The notes beneath the pieces are model-generated. The model saw nothing but the letters and a program-made list of their open reading frames with translations, was not told the DNA's origin and did no database searches. A DNA stretch of 64,000 nucleotides from the IMG/VR virus record IMGVR_UViG_3300035670_000038, positions 1 to 64,000 of that record. One strand, 5' to 3'. The DNA is from a virus. How positions within the stretch are numbered: the first letter of the stretch is position 1; every line of letters begins with the position of its first letter. The position numbers and the translations under genes were made by a program. Below, piece by piece: positions 21,133 through 30,433 of this stretch.

Positions 21133-21551
21133 TGAAGGTAAAGAAGTTAGTAGAAAACGCTATCCTCCCAACCAAAGCACATGCAGGGGATTTGGGATAC
21201 GATTTATACACTAGTTCTCCAATAGCAATATTCCCTGGGGAAGTGAAATTAGTTTCTACTGGTATTTCCGTAGAATTCCCACAAGGATATGGAGCATTAC
21301 TTCGGGACCGTTCTTCGGTGGCTACAAAACAATACTTATTTGTAGTGGCTGGTGTAATAGACAACGGTTATACTGGTGAAATAAAAATTGCTTTATATAA
21401 TGGTGGTGGAGATGTTGCTAAAATCACCGAAGGAACCAAGATTGCACAAATGATTTTAGTTCCTACAGTTAATTTTGATATAGAAGAAGTCACAGAAACC
21501 ACATCGGTAGATGGAAGGGGGTCAAATGGATTCGGTTCAACAGGAAGTTGA
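21132..21551 (+). CDS. dut: dUTPase
   Basis: GYDL, RSS, GVIDNGYTGEI, RGSNGFGSTG. Confidence 0.95.
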   Translation: MKVKKLVENAILPTKAHAGDLGYDLYTSSPIAIFPGEVKLVSTGISVEFPQGYGALLRDRSSVATKQYLFVVAGVIDNGYTGEIKIALYNGGGDVAKITEGTKIAQMILVPTVNFDIEEVTETTSVDGRGSNGFGSTGS

Positions 21552-21876
21552 TTTCAAGATTACCTTTACCAAAGCAGCACTTGGGGAAATGAAGAAGTTT
21601 GCAGAAGCGGAAGGAGTGGACTACTTCCGTATTTCTGTACTTCCAGGTGGGTGTTCTGGTTTTAAATACGACTTCAATATAATTGATAATCCAGAAGCAG
21701 ATGATATGGTCATTGAACAAGAAAACGGACTGAAGGTAGTTGTTGACCCATTCTCAATGTCATATTTAAATGGTACATTAGTCCATTATGTAATGACGAT
21801 GCAAGCATCTGGATTTACATTTCAAAATCCAAACTCAACAGCAAAATGTGGATGCGGAAGTAGTTTCGCAGCGTAA
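21526..21876 (+). CDS. iscA: Fe-S cluster carrier IscA/HesB family
   Basis: GGCSGFKY and CGCGSSF motifs. Confidence 0.92.
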   Translation: MDSVQQEVDFKITFTKAALGEMKKFAEAEGVDYFRISVLPGGCSGFKYDFNIIDNPEADDMVIEQENGLKVVVDPFSMSYLNGTLVHYVMTMQASGFTFQNPNSTAKCGCGSSFAA

Positions 21877-21885
21877 GGAGGTTTT

Positions 21886-22452
21886 ATGAGTAGGAAAGAT
21901 ATGCATTGGTTATTCTCTGTTCCTGTGGGTGTGTATGATTTATCCCACATGCTGACGGATGAAATTAACCAAGCTCTACAAAAGATTGGTTATACACAAA
22001 ATGATTTGGTAGAAGGTATTCGTGGAACGCAAGATCCTAGTACAATACCTGAACTCAAAAATTTATACGATGAATTTCAAAAATATGTAGATTTATATTC
22101 TGCAGAGATAGGTATTAATACCAGCAAGATTTATGAAAGTTGGATGAATATTTTGACGATGCATGGTTCTGTGGGAGTGCATAGACATTATGATAGTGTA
22201 GTCAGTGCGGCGTATTATCCGTATGTAGAAGAAGGAAGTGCACCAATAACATTTGTAAGTTCAACTGAAGGATTTAGAATGTTAGATGTTCAGCACACGG
22301 CACCAAACGCTCCTGGAACATATACGTCTAATATACAACACGTGGAAGCAAAGACAGGACAACTCGTATTATTCCCTGGATGGTTGCAACATTATGTTCC
22401 ACCCAATAAGACTAATATGAGAATCACTTTAAGTTTCAACACTAAATACTAA
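21886..22452 (+). CDS. Putative 2OG-Fe(II) oxygenase
   Basis: HRH..VVSAAYY, LFPGWLQHYV..N...RITLSFN. Confidence 0.8.
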   Translation: MSRKDMHWLFSVPVGVYDLSHMLTDEINQALQKIGYTQNDLVEGIRGTQDPSTIPELKNLYDEFQKYVDLYSAEIGINTSKIYESWMNILTMHGSVGVHRHYDSVVSAAYYPYVEEGSAPITFVSSTEGFRMLDVQHTAPNAPGTYTSNIQHVEAKTGQLVLFPGWLQHYVPPNKTNMRITLSFNTKY

Positions 22453-22472
22453 TATGACCCTTTTCATTACAT

Positions 22473-22859
22473 ATGGCTCGTAAGAAAAAAGAGAAACGAG
22501 AGATAGGTAATAAAATTGAGAAAACGGTTTCGACAATATTAACGAGATTAAATCTTCCATTTGAAGAGCAAGTCTCGGTAGATAAATATACCGTTGACTT
22601 TTTGGTAAATAAGAAGTATATTGTTGAATGTTATGGTGACTTCTGGCACTGTAATCCACAGCAGTATACTTCTTCGTATTTCAATCGTGGTAAAAAGAAA
22701 ACCGCGGAAGAAATATGGGAACGTGATACTGAACGAAAAAAGAAATTTGAACAGATGGGATATAAGTTTTTATGTTTGTGGGAAGATGATATACGAAACA
22801 ATCCAAAAATTGTTCAGTCAAAAATAAAAAAGCATATCAAATTAGATGAGGGGTTATGA
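22473..22859 (+). CDS. Vsr/DUF559-like endonuclease
   Basis: VDF, VECYGDFWH, RD, WE motifs. Confidence 0.75.
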   Translation: MARKKKEKREIGNKIEKTVSTILTRLNLPFEEQVSVDKYTVDFLVNKKYIVECYGDFWHCNPQQYTSSYFNRGKKKTAEEIWERDTERKKKFEQMGYKFLCLWEDDIRNNPKIVQSKIKKHIKLDEGL

Positions 22860-23293
22860 GAATTTTACTATTCGGTTTACCTGGTTCTGGAAAGACTACA
22901 TTAGCACAAGAGTTGGTTAAGTTACTTCCAAACGCGGGTCATTTAAACGCGGACGCCATCCGTAAAGCATTTGAAGATTGGGATTTTAGTCCCGCAGGAC
23001 GAGCACGACAAGCACTTCGTATGAGAACAATGGCCGACAATCTTTTGGAAGATGGTCGGGTGCAATATGTCGTATCTGATTTCGTGGCACCAACACGAGA
23101 ACTCAGAGCAATTTATCAACCAGATTATGCTATCTGGATGGATACTATTAAAGAAGGAAGATTTGAAGATACAAATAAAGCATGGCAAGTCCCACAACAA
23201 GACGAATATCAACTTACAATTACAGATTTTGTTCCAGTAGAACAGGAGGCACAACGAGTATGCAATTTAATTCTAAATCACCCACGGGGTTGA
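22856..23293 (+). CDS. Adenylyl-sulfate-kinase-like P-loop kinase
   Basis: GLPGSGKTT, LNADAIR, DWDFS..GR (CysC-like). Confidence 0.7.
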   Translation: MRILLFGLPGSGKTTLAQELVKLLPNAGHLNADAIRKAFEDWDFSPAGRARQALRMRTMADNLLEDGRVQYVVSDFVAPTRELRAIYQPDYAIWMDTIKEGRFEDTNKAWQVPQQDEYQLTITDFVPVEQEAQRVCNLILNHPRG

Positions 23294-23616
23294 TGATTGG
23301 ACGCTTTCAGCCGTGGCATAAGGGGCATCGTACTCTCTTCGAGAAGATTTTGGAGAGAGAAGGTCAAGTTTGCATCGTGGTGCGTGACACGCAGGGAACA
23401 AGTGATAAAGATCCTCTTGATGCCGAAACTGTGGTCGCTAACATCCATCACGACTTGGAAGAAGATTATTACGGGAAGTATACGATACACGTGCTACCAA
23501 ACATCACAGGTGTATATTATGGGCGTGATGTGGGTTACAAGGTCGAACAACTCAAATTGGATGACGAAATCGAAGCTATTAGCGCCACAAAGATTCGTAA
23601 GGAAATGGGGTTGTAA
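23260..23616 (+). CDS. HxGH-class nucleotidyltransferase (cytidyltransferase-like)
   Basis: GRFQPWHKGH and ISATKIR; start placed at 23260 after GGAGG. Confidence 0.8.
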   Translation: MQFNSKSPTGLMIGRFQPWHKGHRTLFEKILEREGQVCIVVRDTQGTSDKDPLDAETVVANIHHDLEEDYYGKYTIHVLPNITGVYYGRDVGYKVEQLKLDDEIEAISATKIRKEMGL

Positions 23617-23831
23617 TGGTCCATGTAAAACGCCATATTGCGAAGGCTATATCTTACAGAGCACTCGGAACTCTCCAAACAATAACAATCGGATATATAC
23701 TCACAGGTAGTCTTGTTATTTCCTCTACGATTGGTGTCGTAGAATTATGCGTGAAACCTGTGATGTATTTTCTCCACGAACGAGTATGGTATAAATGGAT
23801 TAAATTTGGATTAAATAAGGAAAACGAGTAA
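23616..23831 (+). CDS. DUF2061-like small membrane protein
   Basis: KAISYR...YFLHERVW pattern. Confidence 0.7.
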   Translation: MVHVKRHIAKAISYRALGTLQTITIGYILTGSLVISSTIGVVELCVKPVMYFLHERVWYKWIKFGLNKENE

Positions 23832-23863
23832 CTATTTATATTATAATACTTCGGAGATTATAA

Positions 23864-24661
23864 ATGCCTTCACAAATAACGATTACAAATACAGGAACAT
23901 TTGATACTGTAATAAGTTCCAACGCATCTGGAAATCCATCCATAGTATCACCAGCAGTAAGTACAGGTGGCACATCCGATATTTTATTAACAAATCTGTT
24001 CATGCACCTTGACGCTTCAGATTACACAAGTGGAACATGGAACGATAAAACAGCAAATGGTAATAACGCAACAATTGATGGGGCAACGTGGTCAGATACG
24101 GATGGTGGAATATTTGATTTGGATGGAAATAACGATACAATCAGTATTCCACATAACGCATCATTATCATTAACTACTACAGCTCAAAGAACAATTCAAG
24201 TGTGGGTTAAATTTGACACCTTACCTTCAGTAAGTGTTCAAATGCCAGTATTTGGTAAATTATCATCTGCAAGTGGATTTGATGGTTATTGGGGTGGATT
24301 ATTCTCTAATACAGGTAATACAAGAGTAGTGACTAATGGAACGGCGGTTCAAAGAATTACTGATTCCACTACAACTCCAATATCAATTGATACTTGGTAT
24401 TTATACACATTTATATCACAAATAACATCAACTTCAAACACCACAAAGGTTTATATTAATACAACGGAAGTAGCTTCATCGGCACACGGTAATGATGGAT
24501 ATGGTGAAACCAACCCATTATATTTAGGATTTATAGGAAGTGGTGTCGGTTCTGGATACTTAAATGGAAAAATTGGAGCGTGTTATTTTTATACGAGTGG
24601 CTTGAGTGCATCCGACATCTCCACTAACTTCAATGCAACTAAAGCAAGATTCGGACTCTAA
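23864..24661 (+). CDS. LamG/concanavalin A-like lectin domain protein (probable virion component)
   Basis: LDAS, WND, FDLDG, TIQVWVK, GKIG..YFY, NFNATKARFGL; preceded by TATTTATA. Confidence 0.75.
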   Translation: MPSQITITNTGTFDTVISSNASGNPSIVSPAVSTGGTSDILLTNLFMHLDASDYTSGTWNDKTANGNNATIDGATWSDTDGGIFDLDGNNDTISIPHNASLSLTTTAQRTIQVWVKFDTLPSVSVQMPVFGKLSSASGFDGYWGGLFSNTGNTRVVTNGTAVQRITDSTTTPISIDTWYLYTFISQITSTSNTTKVYINTTEVASSAHGNDGYGETNPLYLGFIGSGVGSGYLNGKIGACYFYTSGLSASDISTNFNATKARFGL

Positions 24662-24664
24662 TAC

Positions 24665-24693
24665 TTGACAAACACGGAAACAAAGGTTATATT
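24665..24693 (+). promoter_or_regulatory. sigma70-type promoter
   Basis: TTGACA-17 nt-TATATT upstream of the PolB unit. Confidence 0.75.
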
Positions 24694-24992
24694 TGATGAG
24701 ATTACTATTAGTATTTGCATTCCAAGTATTATTTAATATTTTTAAGGTATTAGAAATACGATTTACTCTACAGCATAATGTTCGTAAATTGTTGATTAAT
24801 TCCATATGGATAAACTTAGTATCACTTGGTTCCACATTCGTTTCAATTGACCAACTCTTGAAAGGAAACTTCTTGGTGATTATATTCTATATCGCAGGAA
24901 GTGTGGTCGGCAAGTATATTGGAATGAATTTAGAAATCACACCAAAGAAGAAAAACAAAAGAGGTTTCCGTGTATCAGAATATTTTTATTGA
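24693..24992 (+). CDS. Small membrane protein
   Basis: About 3 hydrophobic segments; probable start is the ATG at 24696. Confidence 0.6.
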   Translation: MMRLLLVFAFQVLFNIFKVLEIRFTLQHNVRKLLINSIWINLVSLGSTFVSIDQLLKGNFLVIIFYIAGSVVGKYIGMNLEITPKKKNKRGFRVSEYFY

Positions 24993-27492
24993 GGATGGTG
25001 AAGGTCGTGGTATGGTGCATCTCTGGGATGACCAGAATGGTTATACCACTATGCCGTTCGCACAATTTGATTACGCATACAAACCAGACCGTAATGGGTC
25101 AAAGTTAAGTATGACGGGTGTTCGGGTCAGCAAGACAAAGTATTATAAGTTTGATGACCCGACTATGTTTGAAAGTGATGTCCCTCGTGAAACGCGAGTA
25201 TTGACAGACTTATATCTCAACGAAGATAATCCATCCACAGGTCACAAAGTTATCTTCTTTGATATCGAAGTATCGATGGAAAATGGTATTCCAAATATCG
25301 AAAATCCAAATAATGAAGTCACAGCAATCACGCTTTACGATAGTGTGACCAAGGAATACACTGTGCTTGTTCTCGACAAGACAGGTTCTCGTGACAATTA
25401 TAAGAAAGGTGATATTGACACCTATTTCTTCAAGGACGAAATCGACCTCCTTTACAAGTTTGTTGATGTCTATGAAGCTATCGGTCCCACGATTATTACG
25501 GGATGGAATAGTGATTACTTCGATGTGCCATATCTTTATAACAGATTAAAGCAGCAGTGTGGAAACGGAATTGCTAGTCGGTTATCCCCGATTGGAAAGT
25601 TGAAGTATTCCAAGTTCCGTAAGAAGTGGATGATTGCTGGTGTCTCATCGTTGGATTATCTTGACCTCTATAAGAAGTTTACCTACGGACAACAGCAGAA
25701 TTATCGTCTTGACACGATTGGTCGTATCGAAGTTGGAATGGGAAAGATTGAATATGAAGGGTCGTTGGATGAACTCTTCAAGAACGATTTAGATAAATTT
25801 ATCGACTATAACGTACAAGACGTGCGTATCATTGTGGAAATCGACAAGAAGATGAAGTTAATTGAATTGGTCCGTGGTATCTGTCATGTCGGTCACGTAC
25901 AATACGAGGATTATTGTTACAGTTCCAAGTTTCTTGAAGGGACGATCATTACGTATCTTCACCGCAAGGGAATGGTAGTTAGTAATAAACCCGCCGATGG
26001 TCGGCAGTTAATGAATGACCGTGTGGAAAATAATGACGAAGGGTTCTCTGGGGCATATGTGAAACCTCCTGTTCCTGGATTGTATGATTGGGTATATTCA
26101 CTTGACTTACAATCTCTATATCCGTCAATTATTATGTCTCTTAATATCTCACCAGAAACAAAGGTGGGATTCGTTACGAATTGGGATGTGGAAAAGCATC
26201 GTAAAGGTGAGATTGACATTTATCTTGTTCGGGATAAGGAAACGGACGAAGTGGTGAAATTGACCAAAGACAACTTTATCAAGTTTATGGACGAAATGCA
26301 GTATATGATTAGTTCCAACGGTGTCTTGTATTCCTCAACCAAGATGGGTATTATTCCAGAAGTGCTTGACCGATGGTTTGAGGAACGAGTGGAATATAAG
26401 AACTTGATGAAGAAGTATAAGAATGAAGGAAATGCGGAGTTGGCGGATTACTACGATCGTCGTCAGCATATTCAAAAGATTTTCTTGAATTCTCTGTATG
26501 GTGTTCTTGGACTTCCAATTTTCCGTTTCTTTGATATTGACAACGCACTCGCTGTCACGGCAACGGGTCAAGATGTGATTAAGAATAGTGCAGAGTTTGC
26601 AAACAAGTTATACCAAGACAGACTAAAGGACAATAACGACCATTGTATCTACATTGATACTGACTCGTTGTATTTCTCGTCAAAACCTTTACTCCCAGAA
26701 AATGTGGATGCAAAGGATTTCACGATTAAACTGGCTCGTGCGGTGGAAAAGAAACTCAATGATTACTATAATGTAATGTCGAAGGAACTATTCTTCTGTG
26801 ATAAGCATCGGTTCTATATTAAGGGTGAGTCGGTGGCAAGTAAGGGGTTCTGGGTCGCCAAGAAGCGTTACGCAATGAACGCGGTGTATGATTTGGAATC
26901 CAACCTTGATGTAGATAATAAAATCAAGATTAAGGGATTGGATGTGGTTCGTTCCACCTTCCCACCAGCATTTCGTGATTTTATGAACAAGGTATTAAAG
27001 AGTGTCTTGGGTGGCATTACAAAGAATGAGATGGACGAACGAGTATTGGAATTCCGTGAGTCTTTGGATAGCAAATATTATATGGAAGTAGCACGAAATA
27101 CTTCAGTTAAGAACATCAGTGAATACGAGAAGGGATTGTCGAAACAGCTGAACGAGTTTAGGAAGGGAACTCCTGCGCACGTCAAGGCATGTATCAGTTA
27201 TAACAAACTCCTTCATCACTTTAAGATTGCAAACAAGTATGAGAAGATTAGTGACGGAGAGAAAATCAAGTATGTATATCTCAAACCCAATCCATTTAAT
27301 CTCGAAACCATCGCGGTTAAGGGATATAATGACCCGAAGGAAATTATAGAGATTGCTGAGAAGTATATTGACTATGAAGCACTGTTCGTCAACGAATTAA
27401 AAACGAAATTAGAAGATTTTTATAGCGCATTGGGATGGGGATTACTTCCAACTGATGTCAACCAAAAAGCAACAGAATTCTTCTCATTCTAA
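24970..27492 (+). CDS. polB: Family B DNA polymerase
   Basis: Exo motifs FDIE, GWNSDYFD; polymerase motifs DLQSLYPS, KIFLNSLYG, YIDTDS, KKRY; no intein evident. Confidence 0.97.
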   Translation: MYQNIFIEDGEGRGMVHLWDDQNGYTTMPFAQFDYAYKPDRNGSKLSMTGVRVSKTKYYKFDDPTMFESDVPRETRVLTDLYLNEDNPSTGHKVIFFDIEVSMENGIPNIENPNNEVTAITLYDSVTKEYTVLVLDKTGSRDNYKKGDIDTYFFKDEIDLLYKFVDVYEAIGPTIITGWNSDYFDVPYLYNRLKQQCGNGIASRLSPIGKLKYSKFRKKWMIAGVSSLDYLDLYKKFTYGQQQNYRLDTIGRIEVGMGKIEYEGSLDELFKNDLDKFIDYNVQDVRIIVEIDKKMKLIELVRGICHVGHVQYEDYCYSSKFLEGTIITYLHRKGMVVSNKPADGRQLMNDRVENNDEGFSGAYVKPPVPGLYDWVYSLDLQSLYPSIIMSLNISPETKVGFVTNWDVEKHRKGEIDIYLVRDKETDEVVKLTKDNFIKFMDEMQYMISSNGVLYSSTKMGIIPEVLDRWFEERVEYKNLMKKYKNEGNAELADYYDRRQHIQKIFLNSLYGVLGLPIFRFFDIDNALAVTATGQDVIKNSAEFANKLYQDRLKDNNDHCIYIDTDSLYFSSKPLLPENVDAKDFTIKLARAVEKKLNDYYNVMSKELFFCDKHRFYIKGESVASKGFWVAKKRYAMNAVYDLESNLDVDNKIKIKGLDVVRSTFPPAFRDFMNKVLKSVLGGITKNEMDERVLEFRESLDSKYYMEVARNTSVKNISEYEKGLSKQLNEFRKGTPAHVKACISYNKLLHHFKIANKYEKISDGEKIKYVYLKPNPFNLETIAVKGYNDPKEIIEIAEKYIDYEALFVNELKTKLEDFYSALGWGLLPTDVNQKATEFFSF

Positions 27493-27501
27493 GAGGTTAT
27501 T

Positions 27502-28356
27502 ATGGAAAAGGACAAAAACATAACTGTATATAGAACATACGACAACAAACTCATTCCTGGATGGGAGTTTCACGCAGCTTCACCAAAACGTGAGTGGATG
27601 GACGAATATATTCATATGTATCGTTGCCTTCCAATGACGATTGCAAATCAAAATGGATGGGTCATTGAATGTCCTTGTGATATTCGAGCTGTATGGTTTG
27701 GTGGGCAAGATAGACGTTCAATGCACTTCTGGTTAGACCCAGAATACAATGTTCAAAATCCCTGGGTGAAGTGTCATTTCGTTGGTGGAGTTATAACTTT
27801 TGAATTTGATTTTTTGATTAAAACATCACCAGGTGTAAATCTTTTGGTTCGTGGAGCACCTAACTTTTTTATTGATGGTGCAATGCCATTGGAAGGTGTT
27901 GTTGAATCAGATTGGTTAAATTATTCCTTTACGATGAATTGGAGAATTACAGAAACAAACAAAGTGGTTTACTTTAAAAAGGGTGATCCCATTTGTTTCA
28001 TCCAACCAATACCACATAATTACGCTGAACAATTCGATTTTAAAATTGATTTCCTAAACAATAATCCTGATTTAGCAGAAAAATTTCACAGTTATCACGC
28101 ATCACGTGCATCGTTTTCTGAAGGTAAAAAAACAGGTGAGCATAATGAAGATTGGCAACGTCATTACTTTAACGGAATTGATGTGAAAACTGGTGTAAAA
28201 GTAAAAAATGATGTTCATGCCATTAAATTAAATTTAACAGAACCACCATCTCAGAATCTAGTCGCGGAAGAACAATTGCCAACACCAACTCACGCAGATG
28301 TGGTTCCTACTTGGTATAAAGTAGGTGCGGACACCACTTTAAAAATTGTTAAATAA
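27502..28356 (+). CDS. DUF6065-like protein
   Basis: REWMD, YRCLPMTIANQNGW, FTMNW motifs. Confidence 0.6.
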   Translation: MEKDKNITVYRTYDNKLIPGWEFHAASPKREWMDEYIHMYRCLPMTIANQNGWVIECPCDIRAVWFGGQDRRSMHFWLDPEYNVQNPWVKCHFVGGVITFEFDFLIKTSPGVNLLVRGAPNFFIDGAMPLEGVVESDWLNYSFTMNWRITETNKVVYFKKGDPICFIQPIPHNYAEQFDFKIDFLNNNPDLAEKFHSYHASRASFSEGKKTGEHNEDWQRHYFNGIDVKTGVKVKNDVHAIKLNLTEPPSQNLVAEEQLPTPTHADVVPTWYKVGADTTLKIVK

Positions 28357-28371
28357 TATTTAATAAAGGAC

Positions 28372-28400
28372 TTGACATTTTGGGGGATGTGTGATATATT
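28372..28400 (+). promoter_or_regulatory. sigma70-type promoter
   Basis: TTGACA-17 nt-TATATT. Confidence 0.8.
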
Positions 28401-28420
28401 TCATACATCCCCTATTCCTT
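28383..28420 (+). terminator. 12-bp hairpin with the -10 box in its loop
   Basis: GGGGATGTGTGA-TATATT-TCATACATCCCC followed by TATTCCTT. Confidence 0.5.
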
Positions 28421-28430
28421 GGAGGCAGGT

Positions 28431-28532
28431 ATGAGTTCGATTGGTGTATGGTTAAGCAGAGGTAATGCAGGGTGGGTATCTGCGGCTATCGGGTTCGTTA
28501 TCATTATTTACCTCATCATTACAGAGGACTAA
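28431..28532 (+). CDS. Small single-TM protein (33 aa)
   Basis: Not in track; GGAGG SD; MSSIGVWLSRGNAGWVSAAIGFVIIIYLIITED. Confidence 0.6.
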   Translation: MSSIGVWLSRGNAGWVSAAIGFVIIIYLIITED

Positions 28533-28533
28533 T

Positions 28534-28656
28534 ATGCTATTCAAAATTGGTGTCATCCTTGTTGGACTATTCGCAATCGTCGTATTGATTAGTGCGATAT
28601 ACGCCCACATCAGTTATGCTCTTATGAAGATGGACGAGGAGCGTGATATCTCATGA
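28534..28656 (+). CDS. Small single-TM protein (40 aa)
   Basis: MLFKIGVILVGLFAIVVLISAIYAH...; GAGG SD. Confidence 0.6.
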   Translation: MLFKIGVILVGLFAIVVLISAIYAHISYALMKMDEERDIS

Positions 28657-28727
28657 CTAATATTGGACTAAAAATTTTTGTTGTTAGCGTTGTTGTTATG
28701 TTCATCCTCGATAGGATTATCAAATGA
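28653..28727 (+). CDS. Small single-TM protein (24 aa)
   Basis: ATGA overlaps at both ends; MTNIGLKIFVVSVVVMFILDRIIK. Confidence 0.5.
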   Translation: MTNIGLKIFVVSVVVMFILDRIIK

Positions 28728-29824
28728 AGATTATCAAGTCAAGTGATTGGTTGATTTCAGAAAATAAGAATGGTGGTGAAAAGTTCTGGCGGTTGCATAT
28801 CGTCAAGGACGGAAATGACTATTATACCCAGACTGAATGGTATCAGATTAGTAAGACGGGTCGTGAGACAAAGAAGCAAATGTCCGAACCGTATTTCGCT
28901 GAACCTACGAACGTTGGTCGTTCTAATGAACGGAATTCTGAGCAGCAGGCAGAATTTGAGTTTGATGCCGTTATCAAAAAGCAACGTGACAAGGGATTCC
29001 GTGCAAAGGGTGAACGGAAGAATGTTCGTCCGATGCCGATGCTCGCTCATAAGTTCACCGACCACAAGAAGAAGATTGAATTCCCCGTTTACGTGCAACC
29101 CAAGTTGAATGGAATGCGGATGTTGTTTGACGGGGAGAACGGATGGAGTCGTGGTAACAAGGAAGTGATTCCCGAAGTCATTCAGCACTTGAAGTTTGAT
29201 ACGGGTGGGTTTATTCTTGATGGTGAATTGATGCTTCCGAACAACGTACTCCTCCAAGAGAGTATGACTGCGATTAAGAAGTATCGCCCAGAGTTGTCTC
29301 CGAAGTTGCTGTATCACGTGTATGACATTGTGGATAGTGAACTTCCGTATGCGAAGCGTCAGCAGATTATCCACGACATTTTCCACAGCGCTCCAAAGAA
29401 TGTGGTTCGTGTTCCTACGTGGGAAGCACATAACGAGTCAGATGTACTGGTCTGGCATAAGTCCTTCACCCGTGATGGGTTTGAGGGAACGATGATTCGG
29501 AATCCCGATATGCCGTATGAGATTGGTAAGCGTTCCTATTCACTTCTTAAACTCAAGGACTTCGTAGATGCAGAATATCGTATTGTTGCTGTTACTGATG
29601 GGGACGGTAGTGATGTTGGGCTCGCCATATTTGAATTGGAGACTGATTCTGGTGAGCGCTTCAATTGCCGTCCAGAAGGTTCGCAGGAGAATCGGGCAGA
29701 CCTATTCAAGAATCGTCGTGAGTTGGTTGGGAAATATCTGACGGTTCGTTATCAAGAGCTTTCTAAGGATGGCATTCCCATCTTCCCTGTGGGTGTTTCT
29801 ATTCGGGAGTGGGGTGAGTTTTGA
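28724..29824 (+). CDS. ATP-dependent DNA ligase
   Basis: PMLA, QPKLNGMR, LDGEL, YDI, EGTMIR, LLKLK, OB-fold end PIFPV. Confidence 0.92.
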   Translation: MKIIKSSDWLISENKNGGEKFWRLHIVKDGNDYYTQTEWYQISKTGRETKKQMSEPYFAEPTNVGRSNERNSEQQAEFEFDAVIKKQRDKGFRAKGERKNVRPMPMLAHKFTDHKKKIEFPVYVQPKLNGMRMLFDGENGWSRGNKEVIPEVIQHLKFDTGGFILDGELMLPNNVLLQESMTAIKKYRPELSPKLLYHVYDIVDSELPYAKRQQIIHDIFHSAPKNVVRVPTWEAHNESDVLVWHKSFTRDGFEGTMIRNPDMPYEIGKRSYSLLKLKDFVDAEYRIVAVTDGDGSDVGLAIFELETDSGERFNCRPEGSQENRADLFKNRRELVGKYLTVRYQELSKDGIPIFPVGVSIREWGEF

Positions 29825-29979
29825 TACTGACTAAACTCTTTCGCATCGTCACCCGAACGAACTTTCTGTTGGGTATACTATTGATACATCACGGTGTATA
29901 TTTCCGTAATTTGATTGAGATATATGTGGGTACGCTAATGACTATTGTATTTGCACTTTACATCAAGAGAGGTTACTAA
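29821..29979 (+). CDS. Small membrane protein (TTG start)
   Basis: Overlaps the ligase stop; two hydrophobic stretches. Confidence 0.4.
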   Translation: MILTKLFRIVTRTNFLLGILLIHHGVYFRNLIEIYVGTLMTIVFALYIKRGY

Positions 29980-29980
29980 A

Positions 29981-30229
29981 ATGCCTAAGGGGGTTCTAAT
30001 GCCGAAATTTACTGTAGAGTTGGATTGGGATACGGTGGATAACATCGTCGTACAACAGGTTACCGATGCCCGTGATGATTTGATTGAGCAGTTAGAGGAA
30101 CGGAAAGGAGATGGTAATAAGGGTGGTGTCTTTGATAATAACAAGAAGAAGGATATTATACTTATTAAGGCACATATTGATGCCTTTGAGTTGGTGATTA
30201 AGTATTTTGGTGGGACGGTAGATGAATAA
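29981..30229 (+). CDS. Hypothetical protein
   Basis: Track ORF 29945..30229; start more likely at 29981 or 29999. Confidence 0.55.
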   Translation: MPKGVLMPKFTVELDWDTVDNIVVQQVTDARDDLIEQLEERKGDGNKGGVFDNNKKKDIILIKAHIDAFELVIKYFGGTVDE

Positions 30230-30428
30230 GTACAAATACGAGGTCACAACGATTTCCGCGTCAAGTTATGATAGAAAGATTAGTGTCGAAATTCCTCTTG
30301 ATGCTACTATGGAAGAAATTATGGATGCCTTTGGAACAATAGTTAAAGGATTGACTTTTCCCGATGGTGTGTGGGAAGATGCGATATTGACCCAAGCAGA
30401 AATCATCAAGGAACGAGAAAATATTTAA
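30222..30428 (+). CDS. Hypothetical protein
   Basis: 68-aa coupled ORF. Confidence 0.55.
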   Translation: MNKYKYEVTTISASSYDRKISVEIPLDATMEEIMDAFGTIVKGLTFPDGVWEDAILTQAEIIKERENI

Positions 30429-30433
30429 GAAAC

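Noticed and set aside
22473-22859. Mobile homing endonuclease element
   Set aside because: Short Vsr/DUF559-like domain only, with no DNA-binding repeats or intron context; mobility unsupported
28757-29431. 224-aa minus-strand ORF
   Set aside because: Antisense to the DNA ligase; no independent signals
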